From an uncultured bacterium (lineage in GTDB: Bacteria; Fidelibacterota; Marinisomatia; Marinisomatales; UBA1611), in the NCBI GenBank assembly GCA_943788175.1, contig CALSPG010000001.1, forward strand, positions 288,001 to 352,000: a stretch of DNA of 64,000 bases, read 5' to 3'. Below, one piece after another: positions 30,802-41,881 of the stretch (its first letter is position 1; each line of letters opens with the position of its first letter). The position numbers were made by a program, and so were the translations under genes. Under the pieces are notes generated by a model that was not told where the DNA came from, did no database searches, and was given only the letters and a program-made list of their open reading frames with translations.

Positions 30802-33388
30802 ATGATTCTTCGTTTAAAATATTATATAATCATTCTTATTGTACTTTTAAGTTGTGAAGGTCCATTTTTTGAAATTCCTCCTGAACCTGACACAACGGCT
30901 CCTTTAGTTGAAATCACTAATCCCGCTGATCAAGGAGTGCTGTCTGATTCTGTTTTAGTTACTATTTACGCTTCTGATAATGATGCGATTAAAACCGTGC
31001 AATTATATATAAATGATTCCTTAGTCTTGATTCAGCAGAAGCCCCTTATCAGTATTTTTGGAACACCTTAGATTATACTGAAGATCAATTTCATAATCTG
31101 CGTGCAAGGGCAGTTGATTTTGCTAATAATGATAATCAAACTAGTCCAGTCCGAGTAATTGTGGATAATAATGATAATATTAAACCAACTGGATCCCTGC
31201 TCTACCCATTTAGCGGTCAAACGCTTAATGGTGTAATAACTATAATTGCTGATGCTGCTGATAATGATTCATTATCTTCCGTTGTTTTTTTTATAAATGG
31301 TGATTCAGTAGGAGTAAAAACAGCGGCTCCATTTTCTTACGATTGGAATACTTCTCTTGAGTTTGATGACTACTCATATGTCATATCGCTCAAAGTAAAT
31401 GATGCCAGTGGTAATTATATACTCTTGGGCCGATAAGCGTTACGGTTGATAATGAAGAGAATATTCAAGTTGATACTACGCCACCTACAGGTACAATAGT
31501 CTACCCCCCTATGGCGGCAACTGTTTCTGGAACTATAATTATTCAAATAGATGCTTTCGATAATGAAGAAGTGAGTAAAGTAGAGTTAACCATAGATGGA
31601 ACCAATCCGATTATTGATGATAGCTCGCCTTATGAATTTACTTGGAACACCAACGATGCAAGTGAAGATAATAATCATTTCATTGCTGCAACTGCTACAG
31701 ATAGTAGCGGAAATACAACAAATCTAATGCCAGTAACTGTTTTTGTAGATAATGAAGAAAATATAATAGATGATAATATTCCACCATCAGTAGTAATAAC
31801 AAGTCCTGCAGCGAATCAGACTGTCAGCGGTTCAATTCTAGTGACAGCAGCTGCATTTGATAATATTGGAATTTCTAGAGTTGAGTTTTATCGAAACTCA
31901 ACTATTTATGAAAGTGATGCTAACTACCCTTATGAAGTCTCTTGGAATACCCTGTTGGATGACGAGGAAAGTTCGCATACCTGGTTTGCGAAAGCATTCG
32001 ATACAAGCAATTTAATTAGCCAAAGCCCCTCCATTGTCGTAAGTGTGGATAATGAAGATAATATATTACCGAATGGCTTTATTGCTCAGCCTTACGCCGG
32101 GCAGCAAGTTAGTGGAGAAGTAGAAATTTTAATCTCGGCTGCAGATAATGTTTCTGTTAGTTCTGTCGCTATTTATATTAATGGAGAATCTGTAGTATCG
32201 ATTAGTCAATCTCCTTATTCTTATTTATGGAACACTACAGTAGGTGAAGTAAATGAAGATGCTGAATATATTATATTCGCAAGGATTAACGATTCTAATG
32301 ATAACTTCTACAATACACAACCAATCGCCGTTATTGTAAATAATGACACGGAGTTTGTAGATATAATACCACCCGTGATATCAATATTATCTCCCATATC
32401 CGGCGCCACTGTAAGTGATTCAACTCAAATCCGTATTTATGCTGATGATAATACTGCAATACAGAATGTTATAATTACCATTGATGACACACTAGAATTT
32501 ACTTTAGTTGATAGTCCTTATATAGCACTCTGGAACACGTATACGTACCCTAACGGGTCTCAACATACTATTAGCGCGGTGGCAACTGATAGCAGCAATA
32601 ATGAAACAACCAGTCAATCAATTATTGTGAACGTTGATAATTTTTATACTGAAATAATTTCTCTAATTAATCTTGCGCAACAAGTAGGTGCTATTTCACT
32701 ATCTTGGGATTCACCCCTAGGAGCTGATACCTATAATATTTTTAGGGATAACGAATTTATTCTATCTACATCAGAGACGTCTTTCACGGATACAAGTATT
32801 ACGCCTGGAACAATTTACTGTTATCAAATTTCAGCTGTCAATGGTCAGAATATTTCCGGACCTTTATCTGATTCTGAATGTGGAAAAGCATTATTATCAC
32901 CACCAAGTAATTTTAGCGGATCTGCTCTTCAAGACAGTATAACTCTTACTTGGTCAAACAATGAATATGCTGGACAATATAGGCTATATCGAGATGGTAG
33001 TGCTATATATACAGGAACTGACCTAACGTACATTGATAATGAGCTAGAATATAATAATAGTTACAGTTACACAATTTCATGCCTAGATGATATTGGTTTT
33101 GAAGGTCCTCAAACAAATCCAATAATGGTTTCAACCCACATTCAGCTTTTCGCTCCAGAACTATCTTTAGCTGTCGATTCTATTACTTTTGAACTTAATT
33201 GGAGTAGCGTATTTAGTGCTACTTCCTATAAAGTTTACGTTAATAACTCTTTTATAATAGAAACTGATACAACATCATATAGTTATAATGGTTTAAGCGG
33301 AGAAGAAAAATGCTTTAGAGTAAATGCCGTAAATGAATTTGGAACTATAAGTCCCAATTCGAATCAAGAATGCGCTACTCCAGACTAA
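30802..33388 (+). CDS. Lipoprotein with six Ig-like repeats plus three FN3-like domains, frameshifted
   Basis: Lipobox LLSC; same repeat motif; LSWD...YNIFRD...YCYQISAVN FN3-like units. Confidence 0.8.
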
Positions 33389-34194
33389 TTAAATATATCA
33401 TTCCCATTACAAAATTGTAGAGAATGCTGCATAGTTAAATTATCAAACAATGGCGAACTAAAAGATATACTACCTAAATTTGGATTTTTTAGATCCATAT
33501 CAAAATAAATAGGGAAATTATTATTAGTGGGCCTAATTGTGTCTCCATTTACTGTTGTATCTAAAATAGTAGTCTGATAGGTCATCCACCCATTTCCAAT
33601 TAGAGAAATTGAATCTATATTGCAAGCAGAAAACAACATTTTAGAAACGATGGTGTCTCCGATAGCAGAAGTCGAACTATTAGAGTCATCATTGAGCATT
33701 AGCTCATAGCCGTCTGATAAAAAATAACCCTTTTGTTCAAATGAGCCAGAAGATGTGGATATTGTTTGATTATGATCAATACACAGAAAAGTTGAATCGA
33801 AATTCTCCATACTCCAGTTACCACTTACGCTATAGATACGCAATAATAGTGTATCTGAAAGGTCGCTTTCATTACCAATCTTATCAACAGATTGAATAAA
33901 ATAATTATAATATTCTAACCATTCAACATTGCTATCTTTAAAAAAGTTATCTTCAGTTTCAGCAATCTCTTCAACTGCGCTACCACTTTTTGATTTATAA
34001 ATGATATATTTTTGAAAATCATTGTCATTAGAATGTTTCCAAGACAAATTGACTCCAATATTATTTTCATTGATGGTAAACCAGCCCCTGACATTATCTA
34101 CAACTTCAGGTGAATCTTCATCTATGTTGCAGGAAGAAAACAGCGATACAATAATAAGGTATTGAAATAATTTCTGATTATTATTCATCGCCAA
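33385..34194 (-). CDS. Lipoprotein with FN3-like domain
   Basis: LFSSC lipobox; LSWK...YIIYKS...YFIQSVDKIGNES. Confidence 0.7.
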   Translation of the reverse strand: MAMNNNQKLFQYLIIVSLFSSCNIDEDSPEVVDNVRGWFTINENNIGVNLSWKHSNDNDFQKYIIYKSKSGSAVEEIAETEDNFFKDSNVEWLEYYNYFIQSVDKIGNESDLSDTLLLRIYSVSGNWSMENFDSTFLCIDHNQTISTSSGSFEQKGYFLSDGYELMLNDDSNSSTSAIGDTIVSKMLFSACNIDSISLIGNGWMTYQTTILDTTVNGDTIRPTNNNFPIYFDMDLKNPNLGSISFSSPLFDNLTMQHSLQFCNGNDIFN

Positions 34195-34336
34195 CCCAAC
34201 TAATTATAACACTACCAATTAATAGTGTAAATACTAAAACCATCTTTGCAATTGATGAAAAATCTAACTTTAGAGCAATGAACATAGCGATACAACCAAG
34301 TGTAAAGCCTATAAAGTAACCAATTGTAGAGTTCAT
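34181..34336 (-). CDS. Small two-TM protein (51 aa)
   Basis: Hand translation MNSTIGYFIGFTLGCIAMFIALKLDFSSIAKMVLVFTLLIGSVIISWVGDE. Confidence 0.5.
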   Translation of the reverse strand: MNSTIGYFIGFTLGCIAMFIALKLDFSSIAKMVLVFTLLIGSVIISWVGDE

Positions 34337-34406
34337 TTAATTAAATACATTCTTTGATTTTATGAGCGAGTAAAATGTAATTCATATTTTTTATTTTTTC
34401 TTCATA

Positions 34407-35036
34407 CTATTTTCCAAGATCAATTATGTTTTTTCCATGATATTCTTTAGCATTAATCCGAGCATGAACTTCTGAAAAATTTCTATGTGTAATTGAACCT
34501 GCACAAATAATTGATATATCACTTTTTGCGTATTTAATCATATCTAGTAAAACAGCAGAACCAGACAATGCGCTTTTTGAACACCCTGAAGATAAAACAG
34601 AGGAGACTTTTGAATACTTTATTAAGATTCTTAATTGAGATATAATATCATCTGTTTCATCGATTGCTTTATGAAAGGTACAATCAAGACCACTAGCAGA
34701 TTTCACCAAAAGATTGATGACTAGAACGTCTATTAAATTATCTGCATCTAGAGCGCCGAAAACTACCCCAAAAACACCTTGTTTACTAAAATAGCTTATA
34801 TCATCGGACATTTGCCTTATCTCACTGCTATTGTAGCAGAAATCACCATCTCTAGGCCTAATCATTATCTTCATTGGAATCTTTAAAACCTTTAAAAGCC
34901 TAGTAACAAGACTTTTTTGTGGTGTCAAGCCATCTAGGTGTAAATTAGAACATAGCTCAATTCTATCCGCTCCATTCTTTTCTGCAGCGATAGCATCTTC
35001 AAAGGTTTCAACACATGCTTCTCTAATAAAATTCAT
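34407..35036 (-). CDS. cutC: Copper homeostasis protein CutC family
   Basis: EACVE...GADRIELC...GLTP, MIRPRDGDF, TFHKAID. Confidence 0.9.
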   Translation of the reverse strand: MNFIREACVETFEDAIAAEKNGADRIELCSNLHLDGLTPQKSLVTRLLKVLKIPMKIMIRPRDGDFCYNSSEIRQMSDDISYFSKQGVFGVVFGALDADNLIDVLVINLLVKSASGLDCTFHKAIDETDDIISQLRILIKYSKVSSVLSSGCSKSALSGSAVLLDMIKYAKSDISIICAGSITHRNFSEVHARINAKEYHGKNIIDLGK

Positions 35037-35071
35037 TTTTAAAATTTTTTATTAATTTTTATTGTTGAAAA

Positions 35072-36508
35072 TCAACCTTGAAAATTCCAAATATATGTTC
35101 CAACGCTTCCAGCTGTTAGGCTAGAATGAATGCTTTTATCATTTGAATTAATATTGAAATTAATTTCTTTGTCACTATCGTTTAATACAATTACCACTAT
35201 TTTATTTTCTTTTGTGAGGAATGCTACATTAGGTAAATAAGAGATATTAGATGAATTTATACGTTTTGAACCTGGAGGTACAAATTTAGAAACATGCGCT
35301 ATCGCATAATATGCTGTATTTCTTTTTACGTTATTATTAGTAACAGTCACAGCACCTAAACAGTTCCTGCAACCACCTTTTGTATGCGGGTTTTGGTCTT
35401 CATCTGAAGCTAGGTTCCATTCTATTACTGTTTTGCACCAATTCCTAGATGCGCCAATTATTATATTTCTGATATGCCAACGCAAATCACCATACAGATC
35501 GCTAGGAAACCCAACCCACTGTTCAGTAAAATATAAATTTTTATCCGGGTGTGCATCTTTTAGCTCACTTAGGTTATTTATATCTCCACCATATAAATGA
35601 AATGCTGTTCCATCAACAAATTTTCGAGCAACAGCATCATTTAGAATACTAATTGGATAGTTTATATTATCTGCATTATGATCATAAATAATAATTTTCG
35701 TAGAAATATTATTATTTAAAAATGCTGGTCCTAAATGATCTTTTACAAAATTTAATTGTTCTATTGAAGACATGTGCATACTTGGATTATTTCCGTCATG
35801 AAGTGGCTCGTTTTGTACAGTAATGGCATCTATTAGAATATCTTTTTCTGCCATTAGTGTAATATATTTAACAAAGTATTTTGAATACGCTTCGTAAAAC
35901 TCAAGTAGCAGACTCCCACCCTTTGTTTTCATATTACTTTTCATCCATGTTGGAGCAGACCAAGGAGTGGCCATAATTTTTATATTTGGGGAGATAGCTA
36001 AGATTTCTTTTAGTATAGGAATTAAATATCTTTCATCTTGCTTTAAGCTAAACTTTTTCATTTCAATATCAACTTCACCTATTGGAAGATCATTATAAGA
36101 AAAAGGGAACTCGTCAAGATCAGATGCTCCAACACTTATCCGCAAGTAAGACACTCTAATACTTTGATCGTCTTGACCAAAAAGCTCTTCAAGTAAATTT
36201 TTTCTGCTATTAGAGCTCATTTTATAAAGATTTAGTGCACTTCCCCCGTTCAATGAAAAGCCAAACCCATCCATGCTTTGAAAAGGTTGATCAATATTGA
36301 CATCAATATTATTTATAAGACTTATTTTATTTTTCCCAGTATCAACACCTGTACTTTGCTTCGAAAATATTATCGATTTATTTTGATCACTTAACCAGAA
36401 ATCAACTATCGATAACTTTGATTTTTTAGTATAAGGGCTTTTATTGTCCTGCCTACAACCAGTAAACAAAAAAATTGCAGAACTTAAGAGAATAAGTAAA
36501 TAACTCAT
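35072..36508 (-). CDS. GH30 glycoside hydrolase lipoprotein (beta-1,6-glucanase/glucosylceramidase-like)
   Basis: GFGFSL, RISVGASD, TPWSAPTWMK, TVQNEP (acid/base), YFTEQW (nucleophile), EWNLA. Confidence 0.9.
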   Translation of the reverse strand: MSYLLILLSSAIFLFTGCRQDNKSPYTKKSKLSIVDFWLSDQNKSIIFSKQSTGVDTGKNKISLINNIDVNIDQPFQSMDGFGFSLNGGSALNLYKMSSNSRKNLLEELFGQDDQSIRVSYLRISVGASDLDEFPFSYNDLPIGEVDIEMKKFSLKQDERYLIPILKEILAISPNIKIMATPWSAPTWMKSNMKTKGGSLLLEFYEAYSKYFVKYITLMAEKDILIDAITVQNEPLHDGNNPSMHMSSIEQLNFVKDHLGPAFLNNNISTKIIIYDHNADNINYPISILNDAVARKFVDGTAFHLYGGDINNLSELKDAHPDKNLYFTEQWVGFPSDLYGDLRWHIRNIIIGASRNWCKTVIEWNLASDEDQNPHTKGGCRNCLGAVTVTNNNVKRNTAYYAIAHVSKFVPPGSKRINSSNISYLPNVAFLTKENKIVVIVLNDSDKEINFNINSNDKSIHSSLTAGSVGTYIWNFQG

Positions 36509-36519
36509 TAGTCTATTCT

Positions 36520-36933
36520 TTATAAGTTTGGGTCATTAAATTTTGAAAGCGTTTTATCAATCTTCACCCATGAAACATGTGTATCAAAATAATTATCAGA
36601 TGAAGGGAATATATCTTTTGAGTTATCAAGATTAGCTAAGGTAATATGAATTTCTGATGGTACTTTCTTAGATTTATAAAAAATGGAACTTCCGCAACCT
36701 AAGCAGAAACCAAATTCAGAATTTTTTGAACTAGAATACCACTTCAAATTTTCTGATTTATCGTGAATTGTTATTTGATTTTTTTCATACCCTATCCACG
36801 TTACGTAACCAGAGCCGTGGCCTTTTTGACATCGAGTGCAATGACAATTAGAGCACCATTTCATTTCACCTTTTAAAATAAAAAGTAATTCACCACATAA
36901 ACAGCTACCAGATCTGTATTCATTCTGCAACAC
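36520..36933 (-). CDS. GFA/CENP-V family Zn-binding protein
   Basis: GSCLCG, CHCTRCQK, FCLGCGS. Confidence 0.9.
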   Translation of the reverse strand: MLQNEYRSGSCLCGELLFILKGEMKWCSNCHCTRCQKGHGSGYVTWIGYEKNQITIHDKSENLKWYSSSKNSEFGFCLGCGSSIFYKSKKVPSEIHITLANLDNSKDIFPSSDNYFDTHVSWVKIDKTLSKFNDPNL

Positions 36934-36950
36934 AGGTCCTTAATAATATT

Positions 36951-37448
36951 TTAAAATATTTTCGCACCTACAGTATTGAGGCGATATTCAAAAAAATCAT
37001 TTGGGTTTAATATTATTTCAGAAGAATTAAGCGACTGTCCTTTTTCTTCGGCCAAATGCTTTTTCCATTTAAGAGCTTGTTCTTTGTTCAACTCAAGAAT
37101 TGAAAACAATCCCTCAGCTACAATATTTTTACCTTTTGCTGATAATGGGAATACAATGTCACCGTCTGTTACTTTGAGTCTCATTTTTTGTAACCCATCT
37201 GTAGTTTTCAATTCTAACCAACAGCCTCTCATTGGGCATACTTCATTAATTAACCCTTCAACCTTGACAGTATTATTAAGGTGTGTATTTTTATTTTTTA
37301 TAAGGTCGGTTAAATTATAGATAATCTTATTATCGGACAATTTACCGTAATAGCCAGAAGCAAATTTCTTATGAAGTAATTCTTTTTCAGTTGATTTACA
37401 GCTGCTAAAAACAATTAAAATAAAAATAATAAATGTAAAAATTTTCAT
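36951..37448 (-). CDS. DUF4920-like lipoprotein
   Basis: VKVEGLINEVCPMRGCWLEL...DGDIVFP. Confidence 0.75.
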   Translation of the reverse strand: MKIFTFIIFILIVFSSCKSTEKELLHKKFASGYYGKLSDNKIIYNLTDLIKNKNTHLNNTVKVEGLINEVCPMRGCWLELKTTDGLQKMRLKVTDGDIVFPLSAKGKNIVAEGLFSILELNKEQALKWKKHLAEEKGQSLNSSEIILNPNDFFEYRLNTVGAKIF

Positions 37449-37516
37449 ATGTACTAATTTATAAAATCAATTTAAAATATGAAATTGCAACAAAGAAATA
37501 AAATGAACTGATTATT

Positions 37517-37705
37517 TTACTCTTCCTCACTACTGCTATGTTCTTTTTTAATATTTAAATCTTCAAATACAGCATATAAAACAAAACCAAATACACTTGT
37601 TAAAATGACAGCAAGATATTTCCCATCTTGTAACCAGACCAAAAAAAGTACGACAAGTGGAAATAATAAAATATGATTTAAATTTAATTTATCTAGAAAT
37701 TTCAT
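37517..37705 (-). CDS. Small two-TM protein
   Basis: 62 aa, hydrophobic. Confidence 0.5.
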   Translation of the reverse strand: MKFLDKLNLNHILLFPLVVLFLVWLQDGKYLAVILTSVFGFVLYAVFEDLNIKKEHSSSEEE

Positions 37706-37828
37706 TCCTTGGTAAATCTACTATGGTTTTTTGTATGACAAACAAAAAATTTTCAAGGTGTTAAGCTTCCATAAACCTTTGTAGTTTAATCGATATTTAG
37801 TAATTCAAAACGAAACAATATTTTATAA

Positions 37829-38818
37829 ATGATAAAAATGAGTTCAGGTACATTTAATTGGGGAATTATAGGAACAGGCGGAATCGCTAATGCCTTTTGT
37901 GATGATATATCTAGATTAAGCAACCACCGAGTTTCAGCTGTTTTATCTCGAAGTATTGAAAATGCAAAAAAATTTGCAACTGATAGAAAAGACTGTAATC
38001 CTTATGATAATAATATCGCTTTTGTTAATGATGAAAAAATTGATGCTGTGTATGTTGCGACCCCAAATACATTGCATTGCCAACAATCAATTTTAGCTAT
38101 TCAATCTAAAAAACCTGTTTTATGTGAAAAGCCTTTTGCAATGAATTATGATGAAGCGTTTTCTATGATATCCGCATCAAAACAATATTCTACTACTCTT
38201 TTAGACGGCATGTGGATGAGGTATTTACCACATATAAAAACCCTTAAAAGACTTTTATCAGAAGAAAAAATTGGCAATATTGAATCAGTTTACGCTTGTC
38301 ACGGACAAAACCTTCGCTGCTACCCTAACCCAAGGTTATGGACAAAAAATTTAGGTGGTGGATCATTATTAGATTTAGGAATATATGTCATTTCTTTTTC
38401 TCATATGATTTTAGGAAAGCCTGAAAAAATATTTGCTGAATCAGTTTTTACTGAAAAAAATGTAGATGCCAAAACCTCAATGATATTCCAATATGCAAAT
38501 GGTGCTATCGCTAATCTTTCCTGCTCTATGTATGATACTCAACCAAACCGAGCAGTAATTGCTGGTACGAAGGGCTTTATTGAAATAGATCCTACTTTTT
38601 ATGCTCCAACGAGTATGAAACTATGCACAAACGAAGGTGAAATATCAATCTATAAAAATGAATATGAAGGCCATGGACTCAGAGAACAAGCAATCGAGAT
38701 GGAGTACTGCGTAAAAAATAATTTAAACGAATCTTCAAAGATGCTACATCGAGAGTCACTAGAAGTTATTGAGATTATGGATAAAGTAAGAACCGAAATA
38801 GGACTATCGTTCAAATAA
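37829..38818 (+). CDS. Gfo/Idh/MocA family oxidoreductase
   Basis: WGIIGTGGIA, YVATPNTLH, VLCEKP, GGGSLLDLGIY. Confidence 0.92.
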   Translation: MIKMSSGTFNWGIIGTGGIANAFCDDISRLSNHRVSAVLSRSIENAKKFATDRKDCNPYDNNIAFVNDEKIDAVYVATPNTLHCQQSILAIQSKKPVLCEKPFAMNYDEAFSMISASKQYSTTLLDGMWMRYLPHIKTLKRLLSEEKIGNIESVYACHGQNLRCYPNPRLWTKNLGGGSLLDLGIYVISFSHMILGKPEKIFAESVFTEKNVDAKTSMIFQYANGAIANLSCSMYDTQPNRAVIAGTKGFIEIDPTFYAPTSMKLCTNEGEISIYKNEYEGHGLREQAIEMEYCVKNNLNESSKMLHRESLEVIEIMDKVRTEIGLSFK

Positions 38819-38880
38819 TTAAATAATAATTAACTTTAACCAATTAGTATAAACCCAATTATAATATGTACTTATAGTGA

Positions 38881-39924
38881 TTAATATATAAAATCAATTA
38901 ATACTAGAAGGTCAAATATATTTATATTTTGATCTGAATTAAAATCATAAGATGAATTATTTGGAGATTCATCAAACAGATGATTTACGACTTGATCAAT
39001 ATCTTCACTATTATAGATACCATCGTTATTTGTATCTTCTTGATTATAAATAAAATCTGACAGTTCATACTGAAGAGAGTAATCTATTGCTTCTTGTGTG
39101 GAGCTAAACCCATAATTATCACCATAAAAATATATATGCCCACCACCAATTACTTTTATATGTTCAAAATCACTGGAGACCGAATCATTACTATATGTAT
39201 ACCGTATCGAGACATCACTTAATATTGTATCTATCTCCATCAAATCGTACTGATGGTAACTACTCCAAAATTCTATTGATTCTATTATTGTTAAATACTG
39301 GTCGTCCAAAATATCAACACCATTACCGCCAGGATAATATGAGTTTATTGGGTCTTCAGTTCCATGTATATGAAGAATCGGAATATCTCTGCCCTGATCC
39401 GTACAATCATATCCATCGTCATCTAGAAACATATTGCCGATTACTGAGGTAAAGGCTGTAATTCTATGGGAAAGATCACATGACAGCCTATATGCCATAT
39501 AACCACCATTAGAAGAGCCAAGAACGTAGATTCTTTTGTGATTAATATAATCATAATTTATTAACATGTAATCTATAACATCACTAATAAATTGAACGTC
39601 ATCAAATCTGGTACTATCTAAGATAGCATTCCAAAGTTTTACATTACCGGTACCAGAGTTATTCAAGAACGTACCAGATTCAGGCCTTACTGCAACAAAG
39701 CCTTGATTGGCAATGTAAGAAGCTACTCCATACCATGATGCGCTCGTCTCTCCTAATCCATGTAAAATTATCATCATCGGCAAAGAATCAGAACTTTCAC
39801 TTGGGATGTTAACTCTAAATGATCGTTCGGCACCGTCTGAAATTATTTCTACTTCTTGGGCAAATTGAAAACTGGAAAGCAAAAGTGTAACCAATAAAAT
39901 TTTAAAAACTTTTAATATAAGCAT
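38881..39924 (-). CDS. Secreted alpha/beta-hydrolase (PHB depolymerase/LpqC-like esterase) with dockerin-like C-terminus
   Basis: LHGLG, DDVQFI, GSSNGG nucleophile, HIHGTED, GGGH; tail DTNNDGIYNSED...DFNSDQNINIFDL. Confidence 0.82.
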   Translation of the reverse strand: MLILKVFKILLVTLLLSSFQFAQEVEIISDGAERSFRVNIPSESSDSLPMMIILHGLGETSASWYGVASYIANQGFVAVRPESGTFLNNSGTGNVKLWNAILDSTRFDDVQFISDVIDYMLINYDYINHKRIYVLGSSNGGYMAYRLSCDLSHRITAFTSVIGNMFLDDDGYDCTDQGRDIPILHIHGTEDPINSYYPGGNGVDILDDQYLTIIESIEFWSSYHQYDLMEIDTILSDVSIRYTYSNDSVSSDFEHIKVIGGGHIYFYGDNYGFSSTQEAIDYSLQYELSDFIYNQEDTNNDGIYNSEDIDQVVNHLFDESPNNSSYDFNSDQNINIFDLLVLIDFIY

Positions 39925-39959
39925 ATGTAAAGTTATCTTTTTAAATGAAGACTATTGAT

Positions 39960-40421
39960 CTATTTGTATAAAGACGTTAAATGAATTTTCATATCATCAA
40001 AAGAATCAAAAACTTCAGTTGCGCAAGAAAATATCCAAGAGCTTAAATCATCAAGCGGAACGTGATTAACTAAGTATATAGGCTTTTTTAAATAATAAGC
40101 CAAAGTAATTTCACCATGAGTGCCTCCTCCTCTAAATACAGACTTATTCCAGTTTACTATTAAGTAGTCAGACTCCTCTACTACAGCTTTGATATCTATA
40201 TCAATAATCTGACGGATTAGATTTTTATATTTCTTAGGATCAGTTTCTTTCATCTCTCGAAATTGTGTATTGGTAAGATCTGATACTATCTTGCGAGTTT
40301 CTACAACTGGGTTAAACACATCGTGTTCAATTTCATTTTTTAGCCAAGGAGTTATTGAGTCTCTCCAATTAGCACCATCATTTTCGGCATTCTCAATGGG
40401 GCCTGATAAATATGCAATCAT
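39960..40421 (-). CDS. Nucleoside 2-deoxyribosyltransferase-like protein
   Basis: YLSGPI...WR...FNP...D...SD...GTHGEITLAYYLKKP. Confidence 0.7.
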   Translation of the reverse strand: MIAYLSGPIENAENDGANWRDSITPWLKNEIEHDVFNPVVETRKIVSDLTNTQFREMKETDPKKYKNLIRQIIDIDIKAVVEESDYLIVNWNKSVFRGGGTHGEITLAYYLKKPIYLVNHVPLDDLSSWIFSCATEVFDSFDDMKIHLTSLYK

Positions 40422-40461
40422 AAAAGCTTTATATTTTTAAGTTCAGAAATTAATTGGAATG

Positions 40462-41148
40462 CTACCACGGTAAAACCTCACCATGTCTTAAAAATTTGCC
40501 GTTTGGAAAATCATCATCAAGAGCAAACTTCTTAATACTTTCAGCACTCTCTTGGACTGTTAATGCAGCATCATAACCACCCATATCAGTTTTAACCCAA
40601 CCGGGACAAATCGAGTTTACTTTTATTTTTTTTCCCATCAACTCTTGGGATAGAACTATTGTCATAGCATTCAATGCAGTTTTGGATAACCTATATGCTA
40701 ATGAACCAGTACCCATACCTTCCAATTGCCCCATACCGCTTGAAATATTAATAATCCTTGAACCAGGTTGCATAAAAGGAGTTATAGCCTTACAAACCCT
40801 TAAAACTCCAACAGTGTTAATGTTGAAAGTTTCCATAATTGATTCCAGATCTGTATCAATAGCATTAATTTTGTGTTTTAAGCCAGGGATTAAGATTCCT
40901 GCATTGTTTATAAGAATATCAACAGAGCTAATTTTACTTTTTAAATTTTTTACCCCATTTTGAACACTTTCGTTTTCGCCAACATCCATAATGACATAGT
41001 CTGCGTTATCATGTTCGAATGAGTCTACAATCATTCGGCCCTGATTTTTATTTCTAACTGTAAAGATCACATTATGATTTTTGGAAAACTGCTCAACCAG
41101 CCCTTTTCCAATACCCCTATTTCCACCCGTTATGAATATATTTTTCAT
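40462..41148 (-). CDS. SDR family oxidoreductase (carbonyl reductase-like)
   Basis: TGGNRGIG, NNAG, NISS, YRLSK, CPGWVKTDMGG. Confidence 0.93.
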   Translation of the reverse strand: MKNIFITGGNRGIGKGLVEQFSKNHNVIFTVRNKNQGRMIVDSFEHDNADYVIMDVGENESVQNGVKNLKSKISSVDILINNAGILIPGLKHKINAIDTDLESIMETFNINTVGVLRVCKAITPFMQPGSRIINISSGMGQLEGMGTGSLAYRLSKTALNAMTIVLSQELMGKKIKVNSICPGWVKTDMGGYDAALTVQESAESIKKFALDDDFPNGKFLRHGEVLPW

Positions 41149-41284
41149 TAAAGTCCTAATTCGTAAATGTGATAAATAAATAAATAATTACACTAAAACT
41201 TAGTACATAAATCATAATTTATTAAAAATACAAATCACATGAATTAATTTATGATATAATAAAAACTAAATTATAGGAGTTTAA

Positions 41285-41764
41285 ATGAAGCCAATACTAA
41301 ACCTAAGTGAAATAACTGATTTTCAAAGTCATGATCAAGGATCATTTTCAGCAAAATATGCAAATATAAGCACCAAAATTGGAGCTGAAAAACTAGGCTA
41401 TAACATCACAATTGTGCCTCCAGGAAAAAAATCATGGCCATTTCACAATCATCATATTAGTGAAGAAATGTTTATTATTTTAAAAGGAAAGGGAACTTTG
41501 CGCTTTGGGGACAAAAAATTTGCTATTAAAAAGGATGACGTTATCGCATGTCCAGTAGGCAGCAGATCTGTAGCTCATCAATTTATTAACGATAGTAAAA
41601 GTGATCTTAAATACCTAGCACTAGGCACAAAAGAAGAACAAGATATTTGTGAATATCCAGATTCTGATAAGGTCTTATCAAGGTCAAACAATAATGGAGA
41701 ATCCATTCTTTGGAATATGTCAAAAAGTGCTGAATCATATGAATATTTTGAAGGTGAAGAATAG
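41285..41764 (+). CDS. Cupin domain protein
   Basis: VPPGKKSWPFHNH...EE...G.G...AHQFIN, EYPDS. Confidence 0.88.
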   Translation: MKPILNLSEITDFQSHDQGSFSAKYANISTKIGAEKLGYNITIVPPGKKSWPFHNHHISEEMFIILKGKGTLRFGDKKFAIKKDDVIACPVGSRSVAHQFINDSKSDLKYLALGTKEEQDICEYPDSDKVLSRSNNNGESILWNMSKSAESYEYFEGEE

Positions 41765-41881
41765 CTAGAATATATATGTGAAAAATTAAATAATCATCTT
41801 TCCTCCCATTCATATTAATATTATTTTTTTCGCTTTTAAAATATTAATTAATTAGACAATGAGGAATATTAAAAGCCAATT

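Noticed and set aside
39960-40421. Anti-phage defence effector (NDT/TIR-like)
   Set aside because: Stand-alone, with no neighbouring defence genes; a housekeeping nucleotide-salvage role is equally likely.
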